A stretch of DNA of 63,552 nt, counting the filler, from Chiloscyllium plagiosum (lineage: Eukaryota), in NCBI RefSeq assembly GCF_004010195.1. It is 4 parts of one record of this genome, joined end to end, with 100 filler letters (N's around TTAATTAATTAA, not from the genome) between each part and the next. Parts side by side here need not be neighbours in the genome. Positions count along the whole stretch, not along the records: positions 57,261 to 63,552 come from NC_057712.1; 3 more parts are not named here. One strand, written 5' to 3'. Positions 63,463 to 63,552 of the stretch are shown piece by piece. Position numbers and translations under genes: made by a program. The notes under the pieces were generated by a model. That model worked only from the letters and a program-made list of their open reading frames with translations, had not been told where the DNA came from and ran no database searches. Numbering within the stretch: position 1 is the first letter of the stretch; every line of letters starts with the position of its first letter.

Positions 63463-63552
63463 CTTCCAATTAAACCTGTTGGACTATAACCTGGTGTTGT
63501 GTGATTTTTAACTTTGTACACCCCAGTCCAACACCAGCATCTCCAAATCATA

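Larger units (their letters stand above)
62617..63551. mobile_element. ~935-bp palindromic Penelope-derived element (family B inverted terminal repeats)
   Basis: Arms of ~467 bp are reverse complements, with the axis at 63084/63085 and essentially no spacer; each arm carries a hammerhead motif. Confidence 0.93.

Noticed and set aside
1..63552. CRISPR array, operon or intact host gene
   Set aside because: No repeat-spacer array and no supportable exon chain. Small exons of a large gene could still be missed without alignment.

Overview
This is repeat-dense, non-genic vertebrate DNA. The repeat inventory (HE1/V-type tRNA SINEs, HER1-like CR1 LINEs, Penelope-like elements) points to an elasmobranch (shark) genome. 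I found no intact host gene, RNA gene or CRISPR array; nearly all recognisable ORFs are transposon relics. Main contents: (1) a complete but decayed 6.3-kb Gmr1-type Gypsy LTR retrotransposon (3393-9728; PR-INT-RT-RH order, 4-bp TSD); (2) several other Gypsy relics and a CpG-rich 781-bp solo LTR; (3) many CR1 and other LINE fragments and SINEs; (4) five assembly gaps; (5) at least three families of Penelope-like elements (PLEs). The strongest hidden signal is about a dozen minimal hammerhead-ribozyme motifs (CUGANGA-N-stem II-GAA-palindromic ACGU/AGCU-H) in the PLE terminal repeats. Many sit in 95-250 bp insertions with 10-15 bp target-site duplications, often as inverted pairs, and two sit in a ~935-bp palindrome at the window end. 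PLE-associated minimal hammerheads are a known class, so novelty would lie in these particular families and their mini-elements; activity cannot be shown from sequence. Boundaries of decayed repeats are approximate unless a TSD is quoted.
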